Shown here: piece by piece, positions 56,266 to 64,000 of the stretch
Layout of the letters: every line of letters starts with the position of its first letter
Numbering within the stretch: the stretch's first letter is position 1
Assembly: GCA_964353175.1 (NCBI GenBank)
Contig: CAYGUX010000010.1
Location: 7,995 to 71,994, forward strand
From: an uncultured Bdellovibrionales bacterium
GTDB lineage: Bacteria > Bdellovibrionota_C > UBA2361 > SZUA-149 > DAOLCO01
Direction: 5' to 3'
Length of the DNA: 64,000 bases
Position numbers and translations under genes: made by a program
The notes under the pieces: model-generated
The model's input: only the letters and a program-made list of their open reading frames with translations
Database searches by the model: none
Told to the model about the DNA's origin: nothing

Positions 56266-57699
56266 ATGGCTGAAATGGAAAGTAGAGATTCACATGAAAT
56301 AGAAGTTGAAAATAAATCTAATGCTGGCTCCGAATTGTTAAAAAGATTTAATAGTTTATATTCTGGATCCAAGGCTGACTCTACTTTATTTTTTTTCTTA
56401 AATTTAAATTTTATTTTTACTATACTTAGATTCCACGATTTTAGTGGAATGGGGTTTTTAGGCACTATTCGTTTGCCTGCATTGATTTCAATGATTTGTA
56501 TCTTTTTATCTATCCCTAAATTATCTCAAGTTAAAATTGTCCAGTTTAGGATCATGTTAGGTTTGCTTTTTTTTGAATTATGTAGAGGTGTCACTGGGTA
56601 TTTAATTATTCAATCTTTAGTTCTAAATGATGGCTGGCAAATGCACATTCTTGGGGATCTTTGTTTAACTGTCTTTTCTGTTGTGCTTCCTATAGTTGCA
56701 ATATGCAAAAATGGTCTGAGATTGAGAAAGATATTGAGTTTTTTACTGTATGCGGGGATGTTACTTGGGATTTGGTCTATTACTCATTCTGGACATGGCC
56801 CTGGTGGATACCTGGGAGATGAGAATGATAATTGTTTAGTATTAGTCTATCTCTTACCTATTCCATTTTTCTTATATACTCAGAGTAGAAATTTTGTTTA
56901 TAAAATATTTTGTATATTCTCTGGACTTATAGTTGTGCTTGGGGCTATTTTTACAAACTCGAGAGGTGGTTTTTTAGGGTTGATTGCAGTTATATTTTTT
57001 CAATTTCTTTTGTCTAGAAATAAGATAAAGTGGATAGCAAGTGCGGTGTTAGTTTGTTTGCTTAGTCTTCCTTTCATTCCGGATCAATATTGGAAAGAAG
57101 TTTATTCAATTGGTACTGATAGTAATTCTAGTGATGGTACTATCAGAGAGAGGTTAGATACTTGGGGATATATTACTCGTATGTGGTTAGACCCAAGTAA
57201 TACAGTTTTTGGTACTGGTTTAGAGAATGGGAAGTGGAATCTTTATATGTATGAAGATGCTGAGTCTGGCCATACTAAAAAGAGCTTAGCTGGGAGAGCT
57301 GCGCATTGTTTATATTTCCAAGTATTAGGTGACTTAGGTATATGGGGTGTACTGGTATTTGGCGGTATTATATTGAATTCCATAAAACAATTGAGGTTAG
57401 TTAGGAGGGAAGCTAAAAATGCTTTTAAATTACTACATTCTCAGCAATTAATTGCAAAGCTAGATGGCTCTGCGGATATTGCCTCATTATTGAGAAAGGA
57501 AATTACTTTTTTAGATGGCATTTCCTCCGCTATACTATGTTCTTGGTTAGGAGCTTTGACTGCAGCAGTAGGAATCTCGGTAGCATATTATCCAACAATA
57601 TGGTTTTTGTCAGGATTAAGTATGGCTATATATTTATATTGGTTACTGATTCGTGATAATCTTTTAACTAATTTAATAGCTAAAAGTACGAGGAATTAG
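56266..57699 (+). CDS. O-antigen ligase-like (Wzy_C) polytopic membrane protein
   Basis: About 10 TM segments and the TNSRGGFLGLIAV motif typical of O-antigen ligase/polymerase family proteins. The start is uncertain (ATG 56266 or the track TTG at 56215). Confidence 0.65.
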   Translation: MAEMESRDSHEIEVENKSNAGSELLKRFNSLYSGSKADSTLFFFLNLNFIFTILRFHDFSGMGFLGTIRLPALISMICIFLSIPKLSQVKIVQFRIMLGLLFFELCRGVTGYLIIQSLVLNDGWQMHILGDLCLTVFSVVLPIVAICKNGLRLRKILSFLLYAGMLLGIWSITHSGHGPGGYLGDENDNCLVLVYLLPIPFFLYTQSRNFVYKIFCIFSGLIVVLGAIFTNSRGGFLGLIAVIFFQFLLSRNKIKWIASAVLVCLLSLPFIPDQYWKEVYSIGTDSNSSDGTIRERLDTWGYITRMWLDPSNTVFGTGLENGKWNLYMYEDAESGHTKKSLAGRAAHCLYFQVLGDLGIWGVLVFGGIILNSIKQLRLVRREAKNAFKLLHSQQLIAKLDGSADIASLLRKEITFLDGISSAILCSWLGALTAAVGISVAYYPTIWFLSGLSMAIYLYWLLIRDNLLTNLIAKSTRN

Positions 57700-57708
57700 G
57701 TCCAAGAT

Positions 57709-58980
57709 ATGAAGAAAGCATTTGCAATTGTAGTTGGAGGTGGCCCAGCTCCTGGGATTAATGGGGTAATTAGTGCGGTTACGATCGAGGCTATTAATGC
57801 TGGCCATAGAGTATTCGGAATCATGCACGGTTTTAAAAGAATTGCTAGTGGCGATAGAAGCTGTATCAAGGAACTTACAATAAGTGATGTAGCATGGTTG
57901 CACAGGGAGGGAGGTTCACTTTTAGCGACCTCAAGGAGTAACCCTCGTGCCTATCCTGATATGATGCAAAACATAAAGTCTTTGCTTGAAGAAAACAATA
58001 TCGGATATCTCGTGACTATTGGAGGAGATGGAACTGCTGCTTGCGCTAATGCAATAGCACTTTCTTTAGGTGATGGTTTAAAGATTACCCATGTACCTAA
58101 AACCATAGATAACGATTTACCTTTACCTGCAGAATATAGTACTTTTGGATTTCAGACTGCTAGGGAAGCAGGTACTGAGATTGTGAAAACTCTGATGGTG
58201 GACGGTAAGACAACTAGTAGATGGTATCTGGTAGTCGCAATGGGAAGAAAAGCCGGACATCTTGCTTTAGGTGTGGGAGTCTCAGCTGGTGCGACATTAA
58301 GCCTTATTCCTGAAGAGTTCTCTGGGAAGAAAGTCAATCTAAAAACTATTTCAGATATACTAGTTGGGTCTATATTAAAGCGATACCTTCAAGGGAAACC
58401 TTATGGCGTTGCAGTTTTGGCTGAAGGTTTAGCAGCCTGCGTTGATCCAGAAACTTTGCCGGAATTAATTGATGCTGAAAAAGATATTTTTGGAAATATT
58501 CGTTTTGCAGAGTTTGATTTTGGAGATTTTCTAAAGAGAGACATTCGAAGGACTTTGGCGGAATTTGGATTAAAGGAGTTACTGGCCATTCCTAAAAATG
58601 TTGGGTATGAACTCAGGTGTCGTCCCCCGAACCCTTTCGATCAAGAATATACTAGAATGCTCGGTTATGGGGCTGTAAAATTTTTGCTTGAAGGTGGTGA
58701 TAAGGCGATGATCGCGAGAGTAGGTGCTAGTCTCCATGCAATTCGATTTGATAGCTTCATTTCACCAGAGACCGGCAAGGCCCAAGTCAGAATGGTTGAC
58801 AGAGATAGTGATTTTTATAGGATGGCTAGAAGTTATCAGATACGACTAACTAAAAAAGACATTTCAAATCCTGAATTTGTCACTGCATGTGCTGAGTTAA
58901 TTAATAAAACCCCAGAATATGTGGTTGAAAGATTTGAACCAGTAGCTAGTGAATGGGGAGAATTTGAGAAATGGATATGA
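57709..58980 (+). CDS. 6-phosphofructokinase (PfkA superfamily, long form)
   Basis: GGGPAPGINGVI ... IGGDGT ... PKTIDNDL ... MGRKAGHLA. The ATP versus PPi phosphoryl donor cannot be decided from the sequence alone. Confidence 0.85.
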   Translation: MKKAFAIVVGGGPAPGINGVISAVTIEAINAGHRVFGIMHGFKRIASGDRSCIKELTISDVAWLHREGGSLLATSRSNPRAYPDMMQNIKSLLEENNIGYLVTIGGDGTAACANAIALSLGDGLKITHVPKTIDNDLPLPAEYSTFGFQTAREAGTEIVKTLMVDGKTTSRWYLVVAMGRKAGHLALGVGVSAGATLSLIPEEFSGKKVNLKTISDILVGSILKRYLQGKPYGVAVLAEGLAACVDPETLPELIDAEKDIFGNIRFAEFDFGDFLKRDIRRTLAEFGLKELLAIPKNVGYELRCRPPNPFDQEYTRMLGYGAVKFLLEGGDKAMIARVGASLHAIRFDSFISPETGKAQVRMVDRDSDFYRMARSYQIRLTKKDISNPEFVTACAELINKTPEYVVERFEPVASEWGEFEKWI

Positions 58981-59330
58981 TTGAACATTTAGAGACTGTG
59001 TTAGAGAAGTTAAGAACAGCTTTTAATTATAAAGATGATTCAGAAGAAGTATTTCTTTCTTATGTTGATACATATCTATTTGCTTTAGAGGAATGGCAGA
59101 AGGCTAGTGCTGAAGAGGTTCAAGAACCGCAAGTAAAAAATTTCCCTGGATTTAAAGAATTGGTAAGTGAACTAAGAGTTAAACATCAAGAATTGATGGA
59201 TATAACTACTAAATCTAGAGATGAAGTTCAAGATGAACTAGTAGGGATCAAAAGTAGAGCCAAGGCCATCCGGAAGTATATTGACGTATTGCCAGAAAGG
59301 GTGAGTGTTACTAGAGGTAAGAAGGGTTAA
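58971..59330 (+). CDS. Hypothetical helical protein (119 aa)
   Basis: Track ORF that overlaps the pfk stop by 10 nt. No motif recognised. Confidence 0.4.
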   Translation: MDMIEHLETVLEKLRTAFNYKDDSEEVFLSYVDTYLFALEEWQKASAEEVQEPQVKNFPGFKELVSELRVKHQELMDITTKSRDEVQDELVGIKSRAKAIRKYIDVLPERVSVTRGKKG

Positions 59331-59474
59331 TACTTACCTGACTGGAGTATTCGCTCTCTCTATTTAACAATCTCTAGTGATAAGATCATAGTAATACATC
59401 CATTGTTCTCAGATGTCCTTAGGGGCCTACTGAAAAATGAAATAGTTGGTATTTCGCAACACCTCCCTGGATAT

Positions 59475-60035
59475 CTATTCGATGCTATACAACTTTTTAA
59501 ATCCATCAATCTCATCACAGAAAGCACTTGGATTTGTACTCATTAAGTCTGATTTCTCTCCTATTAGCGTGTGGTATTCCTTAGAGATAGCATCAACTTC
59601 TTGACCCTCGGCTTTCATTGAAGAAAGTTTTTGAAGAAGAGTATTCATCTTAATGCTTGCATCTGCTAAGGAACATTTCCCACCTCTACTTTTCCCTCCA
59701 TCCTTTTTGAGATCCTTCATTGTAAGCATACCTTTGGAAGCTTCTTCTATATTGATGCCCCATTTTTTTGCGATTTCGGAATAAATACTACATGCTTCGT
59801 TGTATTTGCCATCACCAAGAAATACTCCTACGGCAGCTAGTTCTTGATTTAGTACTACTTGTTTGCGTCTAGCATCATGACTAGGACCAACTTCTTTAAG
59901 CATACGATCACTTGCCCTGTTCATGGCCATCATACGGTTCATGGCTTGATCTTTAGTGCATTTTTCAGCATATGCCGTATTTAAGCTACTAAAAAGTAGG
60001 GAAGATATGATTAGAACATTTCGTAGTATATTCAT
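59475..60035 (-). CDS. Secreted hypothetical protein (186 aa)
   Basis: Signal peptide MNILRNVLIISSLLFSSLNTAYA. Helical and Met/Lys-rich. No motif recognised. Confidence 0.5.
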   Translation of the reverse strand: MNILRNVLIISSLLFSSLNTAYAEKCTKDQAMNRMMAMNRASDRMLKEVGPSHDARRKQVVLNQELAAVGVFLGDGKYNEACSIYSEIAKKWGINIEEASKGMLTMKDLKKDGGKSRGGKCSLADASIKMNTLLQKLSSMKAEGQEVDAISKEYHTLIGEKSDLMSTNPSAFCDEIDGFKKLYSIE

Positions 60036-60143
60036 GCTTGTTTTTCGCCTTAAAGTTATAAAATTTAAAGTTATTGCTTGTGAATATCGATATCGGTATG
60101 GCAGTTAGTAAACTTAATGCAAACCATAGGGGATAATTATATA

Positions 60144-60944
60144 ATGAAAACTAAGTTGATACTAATAGTTTTAATTTTCTTAAGTGCATGCACTGCACGT
60201 GTTGATCAAAATTCCGTTCGAGCTTCAGTGAATATCCCTACTGCCGCAAAGGTTGATAAGGTTGAAGTAGGTTATGATGCTAAAATGCCTAAAATTTATC
60301 TAACGATTGAGCCTATAACAGTTAAGATAGCGCCAAGAGAAACCAATGTTAAATTAAGTTACGGTGAGGCCGAAAAAGAAGGCACTAAGGATATAATAGC
60401 TGAGAAGAAAAGATTATCTCTAAGTGTTAAGTACTATCAAGAATATTTTCTTAACAGGCAAAGACAAATAACCACGCAGTTGGCATCGTCTCTAGGAGGA
60501 GTTGGTAATTTTAAGCTTGTTGACTATGATATTGCCAAAGAGAAAAACTATACTGGTATAAATAAAGAGCCGAATGATCTAGGAATTTATCTTGTAAGAG
60601 CCAGCATCACGGAGGCTAATGATCAAGTTCTATATAGGCAGGATAAATCTAGAATCCCAGGAATCTATAAAGATAAAGAAGTAGAAGTTCAAGGAATGGT
60701 TGGGCTTGATATTCAAGTTATTAATCCAAGTACTGGAGAGGTCGTTCAAGCCTTTCCAACACAAGGTTCTTATACGACTAAAGATGTCTCTGTGTCAGGC
60801 GGTTTTATCGCAGATTTTGGATCTTCACGTGAAATTGTAAAAAGTTCTATCGATCAAGCGCTTCGGGTAGCTTTAAATAATGCGGCTTTGGATCTTCATG
60901 CGAAGTTCTCAGGCAGGGGATCGTATGAAAGTGAGTATGAATAG
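60144..60944 (+). CDS. CsgG-family-like lipoprotein
   Basis: Lipobox FLSAC. QITTQLASSLGGVGNFKLVDYD ... YLVRASITEAND ... VGLDIQVINPSTGEVVQAFPTQGS ... IDQALRVALNNAALDL follows the CsgG/LpoB-type pattern. I prefer the ATG at 60144 (MKTKLIL) over the track start 60117. Confidence 0.55.
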   Translation: MKTKLILIVLIFLSACTARVDQNSVRASVNIPTAAKVDKVEVGYDAKMPKIYLTIEPITVKIAPRETNVKLSYGEAEKEGTKDIIAEKKRLSLSVKYYQEYFLNRQRQITTQLASSLGGVGNFKLVDYDIAKEKNYTGINKEPNDLGIYLVRASITEANDQVLYRQDKSRIPGIYKDKEVEVQGMVGLDIQVINPSTGEVVQAFPTQGSYTTKDVSVSGGFIADFGSSREIVKSSIDQALRVALNNAALDLHAKFSGRGSYESEYE

Positions 60945-61512
60945 TACTTATATGAAATATGTCGCACTAGCTTTTGTTTTTCTAAATTTGCCTAGCGCGA
61001 TTGGCCAGACAATCGATGTTAGCCATATTCAGGGATATGTTACTGAGTCCAGATTGGGTTGGCAGTACGAAGTTGAGTTGGATTGTGAGTCAGCTGAGAG
61101 TTCCTTCCTACATTCTCAAGATATAAAGAGCATATTAATAGAGCAATTAAAAGTTAAGGATATAGTAGAAAGTAGTGATTCACTCTACTCTTTGAAATTG
61201 GCAATTACAGATCATTCCTGCAATAAAAATGGAGAGAATGACGAGTTCGTAAGCCCATTAGCTTTATATCGGAACGAAACTACATATGCCGTAGTAATCC
61301 TTAAGGTCCTTTTTGAAATTCAGGAAAAATCAACTGATAGAATATTATACTCTCAAGAAGTCGTAGTCTTAGGTAATAATGAAGAGGAAGAAGGTAATTT
61401 ATTTTGGTATATGTTTGATTTGGAAAAGAAAGAGGTTAGCCTTAAGTCAGCATGGGGAAGAGTAGTAGAGGAAGTTGTTAATAAAACTAAGAAAGTTCTA
61501 AACAATGTATAA
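60925..61512 (+). CDS. Secreted protein, possible divergent CsgG-fold paralog
   Basis: ATG at 60925 after GGGGA gives a signal peptide (YVALAFVFLNLPSAIG). IKSILIEQLKVKDIV ... YSLKLAITDHS ... VILKVLFEIQEKSTDRILYSQ loosely repeats the neighbours' pattern. Confidence 0.4.
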   Translation: MKVSMNSTYMKYVALAFVFLNLPSAIGQTIDVSHIQGYVTESRLGWQYEVELDCESAESSFLHSQDIKSILIEQLKVKDIVESSDSLYSLKLAITDHSCNKNGENDEFVSPLALYRNETTYAVVILKVLFEIQEKSTDRILYSQEVVVLGNNEEEEGNLFWYMFDLEKKEVSLKSAWGRVVEEVVNKTKKVLNNV

Positions 61513-62233
61513 AATACTACCCTTGTTTATTGTAAGCTTAATGACACTCTGTTCATGTGGTAGAGAAACTATAATTACTCCAAGTGATCTAATAGTTCAG
61601 AGTGAAAAATTCGTATCAAGACAGGATGAAAGGCCTAAGGTAAGTGTTCCTGGTCTTTATAAACCAGTAGTGCCAGGCTTCTATCTCAATACAAGTTTTG
61701 ATGTTACTGATACTGTGAGCGAGCTGGCTATATTGGAGCTAAGAAAGATTTTATTTCGGACTGGAAACTACAGTGTGTACTCATCCCATGAGGTAGCACA
61801 GCATGATTATACGATTAAAGTCCGCTGCACTGAGTTGGTATATGACACTGCCAACCTTACAGGCGACAAAAAGATACCAACTACTCAGGCAGCAAGTATT
61901 ATCACAATCGTAGGTACCAACTTGGCTACAGCAGCACCATTTTTAGGGCCACTAGGTGGACTAATCGGAGGATTTGGGCCGCTAACCGGCATAGGATTAG
62001 GGTCAGCACATCGGGAGATGAATAGTATGCTAACTCTAGATATACAGTTGATAGATAAAGATGGGGCAATTCTCTATTCTAAGCCATACAGCGCAGGATT
62101 CGGGGTTAAGGTAGCGGAAAGAGGTAGCATCATCTCATCTAACTCAAAAGCGGTAGCCTCAAGTTCAGCTCAAGAAGCTGTAATTGCTGCATTACAGGTC
62201 GCACTCGAAGATATAAAAGCCAAGACAAATTAA
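61505..62233 (+). CDS. CsgG-family-like lipoprotein, second copy
   Basis: Lipobox LCSC. LAILELRKILFRTGNYSVYS ... YTIKVRCTELVYD ... a Gly-rich loop ... MLTLDIQLIDKDGAILYSKPYSAG ... AQEAVIAALQVALEDI. Confidence 0.5.
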   Translation: MYKILPLFIVSLMTLCSCGRETIITPSDLIVQSEKFVSRQDERPKVSVPGLYKPVVPGFYLNTSFDVTDTVSELAILELRKILFRTGNYSVYSSHEVAQHDYTIKVRCTELVYDTANLTGDKKIPTTQAASIITIVGTNLATAAPFLGPLGGLIGGFGPLTGIGLGSAHREMNSMLTLDIQLIDKDGAILYSKPYSAGFGVKVAERGSIISSNSKAVASSSAQEAVIAALQVALEDIKAKTN

Positions 62234-62331
62234 TAGAATTTCTCAATTATTTAGCTCCTGCTTAAGTTTGTCATACGACCTACCGAAACTACTCTAGATA
62301 TTAATGAAATAGATTAGTGGGTAGTTAAGAG

Positions 62332-63201
62332 ATGTTTAAAGCAATTAAAAAAGTTATTTTTATCGCGACTTGTATTTTAAGCCTCAGCTTAGTGGCATGT
62401 AGCAGAAATAATTTAAAACCTGGTGAAATACCTAATCCACCTGAAAAAGTTGAATCATCAAAGGTTATCGGTAGTATAAATGCCGTAGTCGGTCGAGCTC
62501 AAAATGAAGGTTCTAACCTAGAAAAAAGCGGGCCTAGATATGATAGAATTAAAAGAATAATGGACCGAATTAGTCAGGCCGCTGGCATGGGACCTTACCC
62601 ATACCCAGTCTATGTAGCTGTTAATGACGACCCTAGCACAGCAAATGCTTTTATCTATAATGGGAATACCGTAGTAGTCTATAGCCAGCTCATAGATAAA
62701 GTAAAATCAGATCACGAACTAGCAGCAATCATGGCCCATGAAACAGGACACATGCTTGGAAAACATCATGAAGATGACGGAGCAAAAGATAGAGCAGAGA
62801 ACGTAGGTATTTTTAGTAAAGTTTTGGGTTACACCGCAGCTATTTTTGTAGCTGGAGTTACCGGAAGTGGTAGCCTTGGAAATATGGTTGGGAATGGCGC
62901 GTATAAAGGTTCTGCCTATGTAGGTAATGGAGCATTTGTAAAAGCATATAGCAGAGATAAAGAACGAGAAGCTGATACCATTGGTTTAGTCTTGATGGCT
63001 AAAGCGGGGTACAATCCAAAAGCCGCTGTCAACTTTTGGAAGAACGCGGATCAAATTTTCCCTGCGACTGATAGGAGTGCCTTTCAAAGTACTCACCCCA
63101 GCCATGAGGATAGAGCAAGTGAATTAGAAGAGCATCTAGATATTGCGATGCAATACTATAAGCCAAAAAATGGTTCTAAAGCGATGGCAAGCTCAAGATA
63201 G
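62332..63201 (+). CDS. M48-family zinc metalloprotease lipoprotein
   Basis: Lipobox SLVAC. HETGHMLGKHH (HExxH) and a downstream EREAD. Confidence 0.75.
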   Translation: MFKAIKKVIFIATCILSLSLVACSRNNLKPGEIPNPPEKVESSKVIGSINAVVGRAQNEGSNLEKSGPRYDRIKRIMDRISQAAGMGPYPYPVYVAVNDDPSTANAFIYNGNTVVVYSQLIDKVKSDHELAAIMAHETGHMLGKHHEDDGAKDRAENVGIFSKVLGYTAAIFVAGVTGSGSLGNMVGNGAYKGSAYVGNGAFVKAYSRDKEREADTIGLVLMAKAGYNPKAAVNFWKNADQIFPATDRSAFQSTHPSHEDRASELEEHLDIAMQYYKPKNGSKAMASSR

Positions 63202-63895
63202 ACCTCATAAAAATGTTAGGCTCTGATGGCTAGATCGGCTATCAGGGCAAAATTCTAAGCGGCTTCTGTTTTATATAGGACTACTGAGTTTAATTACACC
63301 AGCTAAGTTCTTTTTTCGACTACTATTGGTGATATCAATAGTAGCAATTCAATTATCAATGATTGTTTATGTTCTTGTAGTATTGACTACTTAATACAGT
63401 GGGGGTAAACAGTAGGAACATTCAAATCCGGGTAGATGAAAATTCATTGGCAACATGTTGAAGTCCAATTTCAGCAAGTTGTCGATGGAAGAGATTTAAG
63501 GTTCTAAGTGAGGTTCAGTTTGGTTTTTTGTACAGCCTTATAAGATAATTTATCTGAGTGAGCCTTCGAAATGTAGATGATTGTTTTCGAAGATTTTATT
63601 GCCCCTTTCTTAGTGATTAGAGTTGAAAGAAACGTTCGGCGCTTTAAGTATTAGTATCTAGTATTTAAAGCTCCGAACGCTTCAGTTCTCAGACCTCTTT
63701 TTAGAAAGGAGGTGAACGATCTTTTCTTTTAATTAGGAAGGAGGAATTATGCGGCGAGTTTAGCAACACTTGACTATCCCCGATGGGAGAATCCGGGTAA
63801 AGATTCTCATGACGTGAGTTTAACATAGTCAGTTTAACTGACGCATTGCAAGCTGGAAATCTTGCAAAACAATTGTTTTTTGTTGTCTTTCACCT

Positions 63896-64000
63896 TCAAG
63901 TAACTTCGTCTTCCGTTTTGATGGCCTCGAACGCAATATGCAGTTCGTCCATGACAAATTTTGGAACGAGATTAAAGATGGTGAAAGTGTGAATGGTTCG
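63896..64000 (-). CDS. C-terminal 34 codons of an unidentified minus-strand ORF entering from the right window edge
   Basis: The reverse frame is open from base 64000 and reads RTIHTFTIFNLVPKFVMDELHIAFEAIKTEDEVT, then TGA (63896-63898). It is too short to assign, or even to be sure it is coding. Confidence 0.3.
   Translation of the reverse strand, partial: RTIHTFTIFNLVPKFVMDELHIAFEAIKTEDEVT

Noticed and set aside
63700-63720. AGAAAGGAGGTGAACGATC resembles the reverse complement of the 16S rRNA 3' end (AAGGAGGTGATCC), which raised the idea of a minus-strand 16S gene starting here.
   Set aside because: Only the first ~10 nt match. The expected adjacent conserved sequence (ACCTTGTTACGACTT region) is absent, and nothing to the right looks like rRNA. 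It is more simply a Shine-Dalgarno-like string.
1-64000. CRISPR arrays, transposases/IS elements, rRNA operons, and toxin-antitoxin or known defence-system signatures.
   Set aside because: I saw no regularly spaced direct repeats, transposase-like ORFs or rRNA-like sequence. The small HTH protein at 4535-4843 has no adjacent toxin-sized partner ORF.

Overview
AT-rich chromosomal window from a Gram-negative bacterium, judged from lipoprotein signal peptides, an O-antigen-ligase-like gene and outer-membrane-type proteins. My guess at lineage is Bdellovibrionota/Oligoflexia-like, and the sequence alone does not prove it. The right half (39.4-55.4 kb) is the conserved S10-spc-alpha ribosomal protein superoperon (rpsJ to rplQ, with secY, adk, map, rpmJ, rpoA), followed by fabI, an O-antigen-ligase-like gene, pfk, three CsgG-like lipoprotein genes and an M48 peptidase. 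The left end holds a truncated GAF/PAS histidine kinase, tRNA-Thr and tRNA-Arg, a sulfonate/nitrate-type ABC transporter cluster and menA. The main finding is an 18-gene, about 17.6 kb divergent locus at 8.2-25.8 kb, built from type IV secretion (conjugation-type) parts. One arm carries a large membrane protein, a T4 coupling protein and a small Cys-containing protein. The other arm carries a secreted acidic protein, then TraL/E/K/B/V-like proteins, an N0/TcpQ-like lipoprotein and a TraC/VirB4 ATPase. That arm continues without a break into small paralogous lipoproteins, a PH-domain membrane protein, a coiled-coil SH3b protein and an M23 peptidase. I see no pilin, recognisable relaxase, integrase, TraW/U/N/F/H/G set or att repeats in this window, and every ORF in the locus is intact. 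I therefore read it as a candidate domesticated, reduced T4SS-derived machine rather than an ordinary ICE. A second unusual module is an orphan operon of three TadE/TadG-like pseudopilin proteins (32.9-37.8 kb), one of them 883 aa and rich in paired cysteines. No CRISPR arrays, rRNA genes or transposases were found. All functional calls rest on motifs I recognise in the translations; no database search was possible.
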